In this document: positions 1-10,138 of the stretch, piece after piece | Layout: each line of letters starts with the position of its first letter | Position numbering within the stretch: position 1 is the stretch's first letter | DNA from: Nonlabens ponticola | GTDB lineage: Bacteria > Bacteroidota > Bacteroidia > Flavobacteriales > Flavobacteriaceae | NCBI RefSeq assembly: GCF_003966335.1 | Contig: NZ_CP034549.1 | Span: forward strand, 990,001-1,022,000 | Direction: 5' to 3' | DNA length: 32,000 nucleotides | Translations under genes and position numbers: made by a program | The notes under the pieces: model-generated | What the model was told of the DNA's origin: nothing | What the model saw: only the letters and a program-made list of their open reading frames with translations | The model's database searches: none

Positions 1-321
1 AATCAATACGATAGCATCCAGTTGATCAGCACTCTCTTCTAGAGTTACATTTATCACTGATTGACCAGTATAAACTATTTCTTGAGGTGTGAATCCTAAA
101 TAAGAAAACACAAGGGTCGCACCATCAGGCACATTATTAAGCGTGTATTTTCCATCAAAGTCGGTAGAAGTACCGTTTGAAGTTCCCTTGACAACCACTG
201 AAGCTCCTAGTACAGGAAGATTTGCTGCGGTATCGGTAACAGTACCAGTGACCACATTTTGCGCCATCGCTATTGCTGGAAGCACCAGTAATATCAAGGC
301 AAATTTAATTTTTTGAATCAT
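1..321 (-). CDS. SusC/RagA-type TonB-dependent outer-membrane receptor, 5' fragment (107 codons; gene continues past the left edge)
   Basis: Reverse-strand ATG at 321-319. Translation is MIQKIKFALILLVLPAIAMAQNVVTGTVTDTAANLPVLGASVVVKGTSNGTSTDFDGKYTLNNVPDGATLVFSYLGFTPQEI... This is a signal peptide plus a carboxypeptidase-regulatory-like domain, parallel to the N-terminus of the SusC-like ORF at 17046. The frame is open to position 1. It is absent from the ORF track because no stop lies in the window. Confidence 0.8.
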   Translation of the reverse strand, partial: MIQKIKFALILLVLPAIAMAQNVVTGTVTDTAANLPVLGASVVVKGTSNGTSTDFDGKYTLNNVPDGATLVFSYLGFTPQEIVYTGQSVINVTLEESADQLDAIVLI

Positions 322-421
322 TTCTGAAGTTTGAATTAAACGATTAGAGATTATCTTCTTCTCACACGGCATAAAAGTATGTAAATTTAATGTTAAGGTT
401 ATCTAATAGCTACTGATTCTA

Positions 422-435
422 CGAAAACGTTTTCG
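422..435. promoter_or_regulatory. Candidate LacI-family operator (perfect 14-bp palindrome CGAAAACGTTTTCG)
   Basis: Perfect palindrome with a central CG, in the divergent susC-like/lacI-family intergenic region. It fits the general LacI/GalR operator architecture (AANCGNTT core). Confidence 0.5.
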
Positions 436-468
436 GTTTTTATAGTAGATTTAGTTTTTCTATATTAC

Positions 469-482
469 GCTTTCGCGAAAGC
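469..482. repeat. Iterated palindrome GCTTTCGCGAAAGC, copy 1 (intergenic)
   Basis: Perfect copy, 29 nt upstream of the regulator ATG at 512. Flanks are TTAC...GGTA. Confidence 0.95.
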
Positions 483-511
483 GGTATCCTTACCAACATA
501 TTGCAGCACAC

Positions 512-1531
512 ATGCCTCAAAAACTGACCCTCAAGAAAATAGCACAGGACTTAAAAGTGTCCATATCTACCGTGTCTAAAGCCTTGCGCGACTCGCACGA
601 GATAAGTGTAGAGACGCGAGACAAAATCAAGGATTATGCTAAAAAGTATAATTATAAGCCCAACAATATCGCCCTAAGTCTTAAGAACCAAAAGACTAAA
701 AAAATAGGGGTGATCATTCCAGAAATTGTTCACCATTTCTTTGCTACCGTTATCTCAGGTATAGAGAAAGTCGCTAATGACAAAGGTTATCAAGTGATTA
801 TTTGCTTGTCAGGTGAGAGTTTTGATAAGGAAGTTGTGAATATGGATATGCTAGCAAATGGTAGTATAGATGGCTTTATCATGAGTCTATCTAAGGAAAC
901 CCTTGAACGCCAGGACTACCATCACTTGCGCGAGGTGCTCAATCAAGGTATGCCTATCGTGATGTTTGACCGTGCGGTAGAAGGTATTCCTTGTGATAAG
1001 ATTATTATCGATGATGTGGCTGCTGCACAAAGCGCAACAGAGTTTTTACTACGTAAGGGTAAGAGTAAACTAGCTATTATATCAACCGTAGATTATGTAA
1101 ATGTGGGTCGATTGCGCACTCAAGGCTTTAAAGAAGCTTTACTTAAACGAGGTATTGAAGTAAGTGATAAGGATGTCTTAAAAATCGAGGATACCGAAAA
1201 TTCTACGACAATTATCGAAAACTTTTTAAAGGATACGGACTATGACGGTATCATCGCGGTGAATGAACTGTTTGCCGTGACCGCTAGCAAGGCCTTGCAA
1301 AAACTAGGTAAATCCATTCCTGATGATGCAAGCATCATTGCTTTTACAGATGGTATGTTGAGCAAGTATGCCAGTCCTACACTTACAACCATAGGACAAA
1401 AAGGTGAAGACATGGGTGGTCTAGCCGCTGCAAAGCTCATTGAGAGACTAGAGGCGCCTCAAACTATTGAAGAAAGCTACGAAACCGTTATCGTAAAAAC
1501 TTCGCTCGTAGAACGTGAAAGCACGCCATAA
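512..1531 (+). CDS. LacI/GalR-family transcriptional regulator (probable maltose/starch locus regulator)
   Basis: 339-aa ATG ORF. It has an N-terminal HTH (LKKIAQDLKVSISTVSKALRD) followed by a periplasmic-binding-protein-like sugar-binding core. It sits between the susC-like gene and the maltose/starch operon. Confidence 0.9.
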   Translation: MPQKLTLKKIAQDLKVSISTVSKALRDSHEISVETRDKIKDYAKKYNYKPNNIALSLKNQKTKKIGVIIPEIVHHFFATVISGIEKVANDKGYQVIICLSGESFDKEVVNMDMLANGSIDGFIMSLSKETLERQDYHHLREVLNQGMPIVMFDRAVEGIPCDKIIIDDVAAAQSATEFLLRKGKSKLAIISTVDYVNVGRLRTQGFKEALLKRGIEVSDKDVLKIEDTENSTTIIENFLKDTDYDGIIAVNELFAVTASKALQKLGKSIPDDASIIAFTDGMLSKYASPTLTTIGQKGEDMGGLAAAKLIERLEAPQTIEESYETVIVKTSLVERESTP

Positions 1532-1647
1532 TCTTAATATATTTACATCGCTACATTAAGTTGTAGTTATCAAAACTTATCTTCTTTCACACACATTGAT
1601 TGAGTTTTGATAAGTCATAAGGCTTATCGTCATTTAAAAATAACGAT

Positions 1648-3093
1648 ATGCAAAAGCCCAAGTTAGGTTTTTGGGACATCTGGAACATGAGTTTTGGATT
1701 CCTAGGTATTCAATTCGGTTTTGCCCTACAGGGTTCTACCATGTCACGCATTTTTGAGACGTTAGGAGCAAATAAGGATGAGATCCCATTATTGTGGATT
1801 GCAGCACCTCTTGCTGGACTTATCGTACAACCTATTATAGGTTATATGAGTGATAATACCTGGCACAAGCGTCTAGGGCGACGTCGTCCTTTCTTTCTAG
1901 TTGGCGCTGTGCTTAGTTCTATTGCGCTTCTTTTTATGCCATACTCAAGTGAGGTATGGATCGCTGCTGGATTATTGCTAGTGCTCGATGCTTCAATTAA
2001 TATAAGTATGGAGCCCTTCCGTGCCTTGGTGGCAGATAAATTGCCAGAATCACAACGCAGTTACGGGTTTGTAGTACAAACCTTAATAATAGGTGTAGGT
2101 ACCTGGATCGCCAGTAACCTGCCTAAATTCATGAATAATACGCTAGAAATCTCAAACGAGGCCGCGCCTGGTGTGGTTCCAGATTCGGTTAAAGTAGCCT
2201 TCGGTGTTGGTGCTTTTGTTTTTATGGCTTCTATTCTAGTAACCATATTTACTACAAAGGAATACTCGCCAGAACAGATGGCAGCGTTTGATGATGCTGA
2301 CGAGCATGAGGAGAAAAAAGGAATGTGGGCGACCATACTATCCACCTATGCGCTCATGCCTACCATCATGAAAAAATTGGGAGTTGTTCAGTTCTTCTCA
2401 TGGTTCGCATTTTTTGCCATGTGGACACTGGCTAACCCAGCACTTACCGAGCATGTATATAACGCGCCTAAACCTGATGTCAAAGATTTCGCACAATTAG
2501 ATGACAATGATGAAGTGTTGTTAGATGCAAATCAGGCTACACTATTTCTAAATCAAGCAGCACAAGACGATTATAAAACACAAGACAAAGCCTACAATGA
2601 CGCATCAGATGATGTAGGTTCAAAAATGGGAATCTACGGTTTGTCTTCCATGATATTTGCACTTGCCCTTACCTTTTATACGGCTTATAACAGTATCAAT
2701 AGAAAGTTTGTACACATGGCCAGTTTGACACTAGGAGCAGCAGGATTTTTGCTCATGCTGTACATTCCAGGACAACCTGATTACCTTATTTTATCCTTTA
2801 CTTTAATAGGTATCGCTTGGGGCAGCATATTGTCAATGCCGTATGCCATGCTATCCAGTAGTGTCAAGGCTTCAAAAATGGGCTTGATGATGGGTGTTTT
2901 CAACATGTTTATAGTGATACCACAAATCGTGGCAGCTTTAAGTGGTGTAGTATTCTTGAGCAGTCTTATAGGCGAGGAATCTATCCATGCTATGACCATC
3001 GCAGGAATTTTCTTGTTACTCAGTGCAGTATCAAACCTATTAATCACCAATAAAAACGCAATAACCTATCAACCCTCAATAGATAATGAGTAA
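1648..3093 (+). CDS. MFS sugar transporter (GPH/sucrose-H+ symporter-like; probable maltose/maltodextrin importer)
   Basis: 481 aa with about 12 hydrophobic segments. It carries an RLGRRRPF motif after the second helix, typical of this MFS subgroup. The 3' end overlaps the pgmB start by 8 nt (ATGAGTAA). Confidence 0.85.
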   Translation: MQKPKLGFWDIWNMSFGFLGIQFGFALQGSTMSRIFETLGANKDEIPLLWIAAPLAGLIVQPIIGYMSDNTWHKRLGRRRPFFLVGAVLSSIALLFMPYSSEVWIAAGLLLVLDASINISMEPFRALVADKLPESQRSYGFVVQTLIIGVGTWIASNLPKFMNNTLEISNEAAPGVVPDSVKVAFGVGAFVFMASILVTIFTTKEYSPEQMAAFDDADEHEEKKGMWATILSTYALMPTIMKKLGVVQFFSWFAFFAMWTLANPALTEHVYNAPKPDVKDFAQLDDNDEVLLDANQATLFLNQAAQDDYKTQDKAYNDASDDVGSKMGIYGLSSMIFALALTFYTAYNSINRKFVHMASLTLGAAGFLLMLYIPGQPDYLILSFTLIGIAWGSILSMPYAMLSSSVKASKMGLMMGVFNMFIVIPQIVAALSGVVFLSSLIGEESIHAMTIAGIFLLLSAVSNLLITNKNAITYQPSIDNE

Positions 3094-3748
3094 GAAAGGA
3101 TTCATATTTGATCTAGACGGCGTCGTCGTCGATACGGCAAAGTTTCATTTTGTCGCATGGCAGCGACTGGCCAAAAGTCTAGACATCAATTTTACAGAAA
3201 AGGAAAACGAGCAACTCAAAGGAGTGTCACGCGTTAGATCACTAGAAAAGATTCTAGAATGGGGCAATAAAACCATCGATCAAGAAACCTTTGACGAGAA
3301 ACTAGTCCAGAAGAATGAGGAATATCTCGAGATGGTTGAGACGCTTACTCAAGATGATATTCTACCAGGAGTACATGATTTTTTATTACGCTTACGCGAA
3401 AGCGAACAACCCATAGCCCTAGGAAGTGCGAGTAAGAATGCTCGTCCTATTCTAGAAAAACTCGGGATTATCGACTTATTTGACGCCATCGTGGATGGAA
3501 CAGACGTCAGCAATGCAAAACCAGATCCAGAGGTTTTTCTGCAGGCTGCAGACTTGCTGCATATGAATAAAAGAAAGTGTGTCGTTTTTGAAGACAGTAT
3601 TGCAGGAATCCAGGCGGCAAACGCCGCAGGAATGATCAGCATAGGAATAGGAAAAGAAGAAAATTTAAAAGAAGCCGATGAAGTTTTTGCAGGATTTAAT
3701 GAAATGCCAGCAGACTACATCGATCAACTATTGAAGAAAGAGAAGTAA
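3086..3748 (+). CDS. pgmB: Beta-phosphoglucomutase (HAD superfamily)
   Basis: 220 aa with HAD motifs FDLDGVVVDT, GSASKN, KPDPEVF and FEDSIAGIQAANAAGM. It lies directly upstream of a GH65 phosphorylase, the classic pairing. Confidence 0.9.
   Translation: MSKKGFIFDLDGVVVDTAKFHFVAWQRLAKSLDINFTEKENEQLKGVSRVRSLEKILEWGNKTIDQETFDEKLVQKNEEYLEMVETLTQDDILPGVHDFLLRLRESEQPIALGSASKNARPILEKLGIIDLFDAIVDGTDVSNAKPDPEVFLQAADLLHMNKRKCVVFEDSIAGIQAANAAGMISIGIGKEENLKEADEVFAGFNEMPADYIDQLLKKEK
3390..3403. repeat. Iterated palindrome, one-mismatch variant GCTTACGCGAAAGC (inside pgmB)
   Basis: Preceded by the conserved TTAC flank. It is read in the other phase, as L-R-L-R-E-S. Confidence 0.7.
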
Positions 3749-6051
3749 TGAATCAAGAATATATCATACCCAACGCATGGTCGATCATCGAGAAGGGATG
3801 GCGACCAGAATTTGTCAAATCTAGCGAGAGTCTATTCTCAATTGGTAATGGCGCGATGGGTCAGCGAGCAAATTTTGAAGAAACATACACTGGTGATACG
3901 TTTCAAGGAAGCTACGTTGCTGGCGTTTATTACCCTGATAAAACCAAAGTAGGCTGGTGGAAAAACGGTTATCCAGAATATTTTGCCAAGGTTTTGAACG
4001 CTCCTAATTTTATAGGTATCGATGTTTTTATCGATGGCGAGGCATTAGACCTTGCAACTTACGACCAGGTACATCATTACAAGCAAGAACTCAACATGAA
4101 AGAAGGCTGGCTAGAGCGCAGCTTTAACATTGAGCTTACTGATGATAAAGAGATAGCCATCAAGACACGCAGATTTTTGAGTCTTGACAAGGACGAGTTG
4201 GGTGTTATAAATTACAGTATTACCGCAGTAAAAGGTGATATGCGTATTTCATTTCAGCCATATATTGATGCAGGAATCACCAATGAGGATTCAAATTGGG
4301 ATGATGCCTTTTGGGAAGTAGAAGAGCTCACTTCAAAAGATCATCAAGCATTTATACGCAGTCGTACCAATAAAACAAACTTCTACGTCTGCACCTATAT
4401 GCAATCAGAACTATACAAGGACGGCGAGCATGTCCAGTATGCAGACCCATTTGATCAAAACGATACTGTAATACGTCACAAGGTAGCCACCCAGCTTGAA
4501 GAAGGCGAGACGGCAACATTACTCAAATATGCAGGTTACACCAGCAGTTTGAATCACGAGCATTTTGAATTGATGGACGCTGCCAAAGCTGCCATTAGCC
4601 ACGCCGTAAATAAAGGCTACCAGCAATTACTACAGGACCAGATAGACGCATGGGCAGATATATGGGCAATGGCAGATATCACTATTGAAGGTGACTTGAA
4701 AGCGCAACAAGGAATACGTTTTAATATCTTCCAGCTCAATCAAACTTATTTGGGTAAAGACGCCAGACTCAATATCGGGCCCAAAGGATTTACTGGTGAG
4801 AAATACGGTGGGTCCACCTATTGGGATACTGAGGCTTATTGTATTCCATTTTACATGGCGACCAAAGATCAACATGTCGCAAGAAATTTATTGACCTATA
4901 GGTATGAGCAGCTAGACAAGGCCATTGAGAATGCCGAGAAGTTGGGATTCTCTAATGGAGCTGCTCTGTATCCTATGGTAACAATGAATGGCGAGGAATC
5001 TCACAACGAGTGGGAAATTACTTTTGAAGAAATACACCGCAACGGTGCGATGGTTTTTGCTATTTATAACTATGTACGATATACTGGTGACTACGACTAC
5101 ATACCAGAAATGGGTCTCGAGGTCATGATTGCCATCGCTAGATTCTGGCACCAGCGTTCGACCTATTCATCTCGCGTCGATAAATACATGATACTAGGTG
5201 TGACTGGTCCTAATGAATATGAGAATAATGTCAACAACAACTGGTACACGAACTATATAGCCAAATGGTGTATTGAGCAATGCGTTGAGCATATAAAGAA
5301 AGTAAAGAGCGGTCATGAAGACGATTATCATCGAGTGATTGGCTTGACCTCGTTAACAGATGGTGAGATTTCCTCATGGCTGGAAGTCGCACATAATATG
5401 TACATGCCTTATGATAAGGAGTTAGGAATATATCTGCAACAAGACGGATTCCTGGACAAGGAATTAATTCCAGTGTCAGAACTCAAGGCTGTCCACAGAC
5501 CGATCAATCAAAAATGGTCTTGGGACCGCATCCTACGCAGCTGCTACATCAAGCAAGCAGATGTTTTACAGGGTTTCTACTTTTTTGAGGATCATTTTTC
5601 TAAAGAACAACTTGAGAAACACTTTGATTTCTATGAACCGTTGACCGTTCACGAGAGTTCACTGTCACCATGTGTTCACAGTATTCAAGCCGCTAAGCTA
5701 GATCGCATGGATCAAGCCTATGAATTCTATTTGCGCACATCTCGATTAGATCTGGATGATTACAATAAAGAGGTAGAAGAAGGTTGCCACATCACCAGTA
5801 TGGCGGGTACCTGGATGAGCATTGTAGAAGGTTTTGGCGGTTTCAAGATCGTCAACGATATGCCTAGTTTTGAGACTAGACTACCTAAACAATGGAAATC
5901 TTTCAGCTTCAAGATCAACTTTAGGGATCAGATTTTGACGGTTAATGTATCAGACAGTGCAACCACGGTACAGCTTCAGGGCTACCAGTCGCAGGATATT
6001 ATTTTGAACGGCAAGAAACTCACACTCGAGCCACTTGCAGTAAACGCTTAG
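3748..6051 (+). CDS. GH65 glycoside phosphorylase, most likely maltose phosphorylase
   Basis: 767 aa. The N-terminus (WSIIEKGW...SLFSIGNGAMGQRANFEE) and the VTGPNEYENNVNNN segment are typical of GH65. The start overlaps the pgmB stop (TAATG). Context is amylases plus pgmB. Confidence 0.9.
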   Translation: MNQEYIIPNAWSIIEKGWRPEFVKSSESLFSIGNGAMGQRANFEETYTGDTFQGSYVAGVYYPDKTKVGWWKNGYPEYFAKVLNAPNFIGIDVFIDGEALDLATYDQVHHYKQELNMKEGWLERSFNIELTDDKEIAIKTRRFLSLDKDELGVINYSITAVKGDMRISFQPYIDAGITNEDSNWDDAFWEVEELTSKDHQAFIRSRTNKTNFYVCTYMQSELYKDGEHVQYADPFDQNDTVIRHKVATQLEEGETATLLKYAGYTSSLNHEHFELMDAAKAAISHAVNKGYQQLLQDQIDAWADIWAMADITIEGDLKAQQGIRFNIFQLNQTYLGKDARLNIGPKGFTGEKYGGSTYWDTEAYCIPFYMATKDQHVARNLLTYRYEQLDKAIENAEKLGFSNGAALYPMVTMNGEESHNEWEITFEEIHRNGAMVFAIYNYVRYTGDYDYIPEMGLEVMIAIARFWHQRSTYSSRVDKYMILGVTGPNEYENNVNNNWYTNYIAKWCIEQCVEHIKKVKSGHEDDYHRVIGLTSLTDGEISSWLEVAHNMYMPYDKELGIYLQQDGFLDKELIPVSELKAVHRPINQKWSWDRILRSCYIKQADVLQGFYFFEDHFSKEQLEKHFDFYEPLTVHESSLSPCVHSIQAAKLDRMDQAYEFYLRTSRLDLDDYNKEVEEGCHITSMAGTWMSIVEGFGGFKIVNDMPSFETRLPKQWKSFSFKINFRDQILTVNVSDSATTVQLQGYQSQDIILNGKKLTLEPLAVNA

Positions 6052-8172
<2,121 letters not shown>

Positions 8173-8195
8173 AATTCATTTTTAAAATTGATATT

Positions 8196-10136
8196 ATGAG
8201 AATTGTACTTCTTTCATTGATTGTTTTTGTTTCAGCTTTCGCGAAAGCGGAATCTCATAATACTTTTTCAAAAAAGCTTTCACAGACCAATCAGCTTTCA
8301 CTTCAAGAAAATCCAGGAAAAGATTACATGCCGAATCGTGTTGAACCGCCCAATTGGTGGGCTGATATGGAACATTCTCAGGTAGAAGTAATGCTTTATG
8401 GAGAATATATGGGGCAGGTTGATTTTGAAAGTGATCTTCCTATAGTAAAGGTGCGTAGAACTGAGAATCCCAATTATGCATTTGTAACGCTTGAAACTAA
8501 AGGAAAAGGACCTGGGACTTATTCGATCAGTTACAATATTTATGACACGTATTACGTCTTGGAATATGAATTATTAGAACGCAATCCGAATTCCAAACTA
8601 CGTAAAGGCTTTAATTCTAGCGATGCTATCTATTTGATCATGCCAGATCGATTTGCTAATGGTGATCCTAGCAACGATATCGTTGATGAAATGGCTGAAA
8701 AATCAGACCGATCATTCAAAGGCGGCCGTCACGGCGGTGATATTCAGGGTGTGATCGATCATTTGGATTATTTGGAGGATTTAGGCGTCACAGCTCTGTG
8801 GAGCACTCCACTGCTTGAAGATAACGACCAGCGTTATTCCTACCACGGCTATGCAGCGAGCGATGTGTACCGCATCGATCCACGTTATGGCTCAAACGAG
8901 TCATACAGAGAACTGGCAGATCAAATGCAGCAGCGAGACATGAAACTCATCATGGATTATGTAACCAACCATTGGGGTGCAACGCACTGGATGATGGATG
9001 ATTTACCCACGCAAACCTGGATACATCAATTTGATGATAATAAGGATCGTGATTTTCCTGTCGCTGGTTATGCCAACAGTAGTTATAGACAAACTACACA
9101 ATTAGATCCGTATGCAAGTGATCGTGACGAGACCTATGCAGAAAAGGGCTGGTTTGTAAGTAGCATGCCAGACTTAAATCAAAGTGAGCCACTAGTCTTG
9201 AACTACTTGATTCAAAATGCTATCTGGTGGATTGAATATGCAGGACTCGGCGGTTTGAGAGTGGATACCTATGCTTATAACGAGAAAGAAGGAATCGCCA
9301 AATGGACTAAGGCAATCATGGATGAATATCCCAATTTTACTATCGTGGGCGAGACGTGGATGCATGATCAGGCGCAAATCGCTTTCTGGCAAAAGGATAG
9401 TCCAGTAGCTGCCATTCAAAGTTATAATACCCATTTACCCAGCGTGATGGATTTTACACTGCACGATGCTGTCTTGACTGCTTTTAATGAGAAAGATCAG
9501 CAATGGGATAAAGGAATGGTTAAGGTCTATGAGAATTTTGTCAATGACTTTCTATATGCTGATGTCAATAACATTATGGTAATGGCAGGTAATCACGATA
9601 CCAATAGGTTGAGTGGCAACGGTGTTCTGGATGGAGATCTAGAGAAATTCAAACTCGCCATGACACTGATCCTAACAACTCGTGGTATACCACAAATCTA
9701 TTATGGTGATGAGATAGGTATGGCTGGTAATCGTGATACAGTTGGTGATGGCGACATACGACGAGATTTCCCAGGCGGTTGGAAAGGTGATAAGATTAAT
9801 GCCTTTACAAAGCCAACCAAAGAACAAAAGGCCTATCAGGATTTTACCAAAAAGCTATTGAATTACCGAAAGAACAAAGAGGTACTTCACACAGGTAAGC
9901 TACTTCACTTTGTGCCAGAGAATAATTGCTATGTCTATTTTAGACACAATGATAAAGATCGCGTGATGGTCATCATTAATAACAATGACAAACCTGTCAC
10001 GCTAGACATGAGCCGATTTAAAGAAGGTTTCAACGGCGCAACGCATGGAACTGATATCATCGACGATTCTAGATTACCGCTTTCAGGAAAATTGGTCATC
10101 GGTGCAGAGCACAGTATGATTATCGATATCGAGTAA
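8196..10136 (+). CDS. GH13 alpha-amylase-family enzyme (cyclomaltodextrinase/neopullulanase-like), secreted
   Basis: 646 aa with a signal peptide. GH13 regions present: MPDRFANGDPSND, GGDIQGVIDHLDYLEDLGVTALW, DYVTNH, GLRVD, IVGETW, GNHDTNR. Confidence 0.85.
   Translation: MRIVLLSLIVFVSAFAKAESHNTFSKKLSQTNQLSLQENPGKDYMPNRVEPPNWWADMEHSQVEVMLYGEYMGQVDFESDLPIVKVRRTENPNYAFVTLETKGKGPGTYSISYNIYDTYYVLEYELLERNPNSKLRKGFNSSDAIYLIMPDRFANGDPSNDIVDEMAEKSDRSFKGGRHGGDIQGVIDHLDYLEDLGVTALWSTPLLEDNDQRYSYHGYAASDVYRIDPRYGSNESYRELADQMQQRDMKLIMDYVTNHWGATHWMMDDLPTQTWIHQFDDNKDRDFPVAGYANSSYRQTTQLDPYASDRDETYAEKGWFVSSMPDLNQSEPLVLNYLIQNAIWWIEYAGLGGLRVDTYAYNEKEGIAKWTKAIMDEYPNFTIVGETWMHDQAQIAFWQKDSPVAAIQSYNTHLPSVMDFTLHDAVLTAFNEKDQQWDKGMVKVYENFVNDFLYADVNNIMVMAGNHDTNRLSGNGVLDGDLEKFKLAMTLILTTRGIPQIYYGDEIGMAGNRDTVGDGDIRRDFPGGWKGDKINAFTKPTKEQKAYQDFTKKLLNYRKNKEVLHTGKLLHFVPENNCYVYFRHNDKDRVMVIINNNDKPVTLDMSRFKEGFNGATHGTDIIDDSRLPLSGKLVIGAEHSMIIDIE
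8235..8248. repeat. Iterated palindrome, copy in a GH13 signal peptide
   Basis: Perfect copy covering codons 14-18, A-F-A-K-A (VSAFAKAESH). Confidence 0.95.
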
Positions 10137-10138
10137 GC

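Noticed and set aside
1565-1615. Imperfect 13-bp inverted repeat (AGTTATCAAAACT / AGTTTTGATAAGT) after the regulator stop, considered as a terminator or a second operator.
   Set aside because: A 25-nt loop and the lack of a T-tract make it a poor intrinsic terminator. The arm spacing is wrong for a single LacI dimer site. It is mentioned only under the operator finding.
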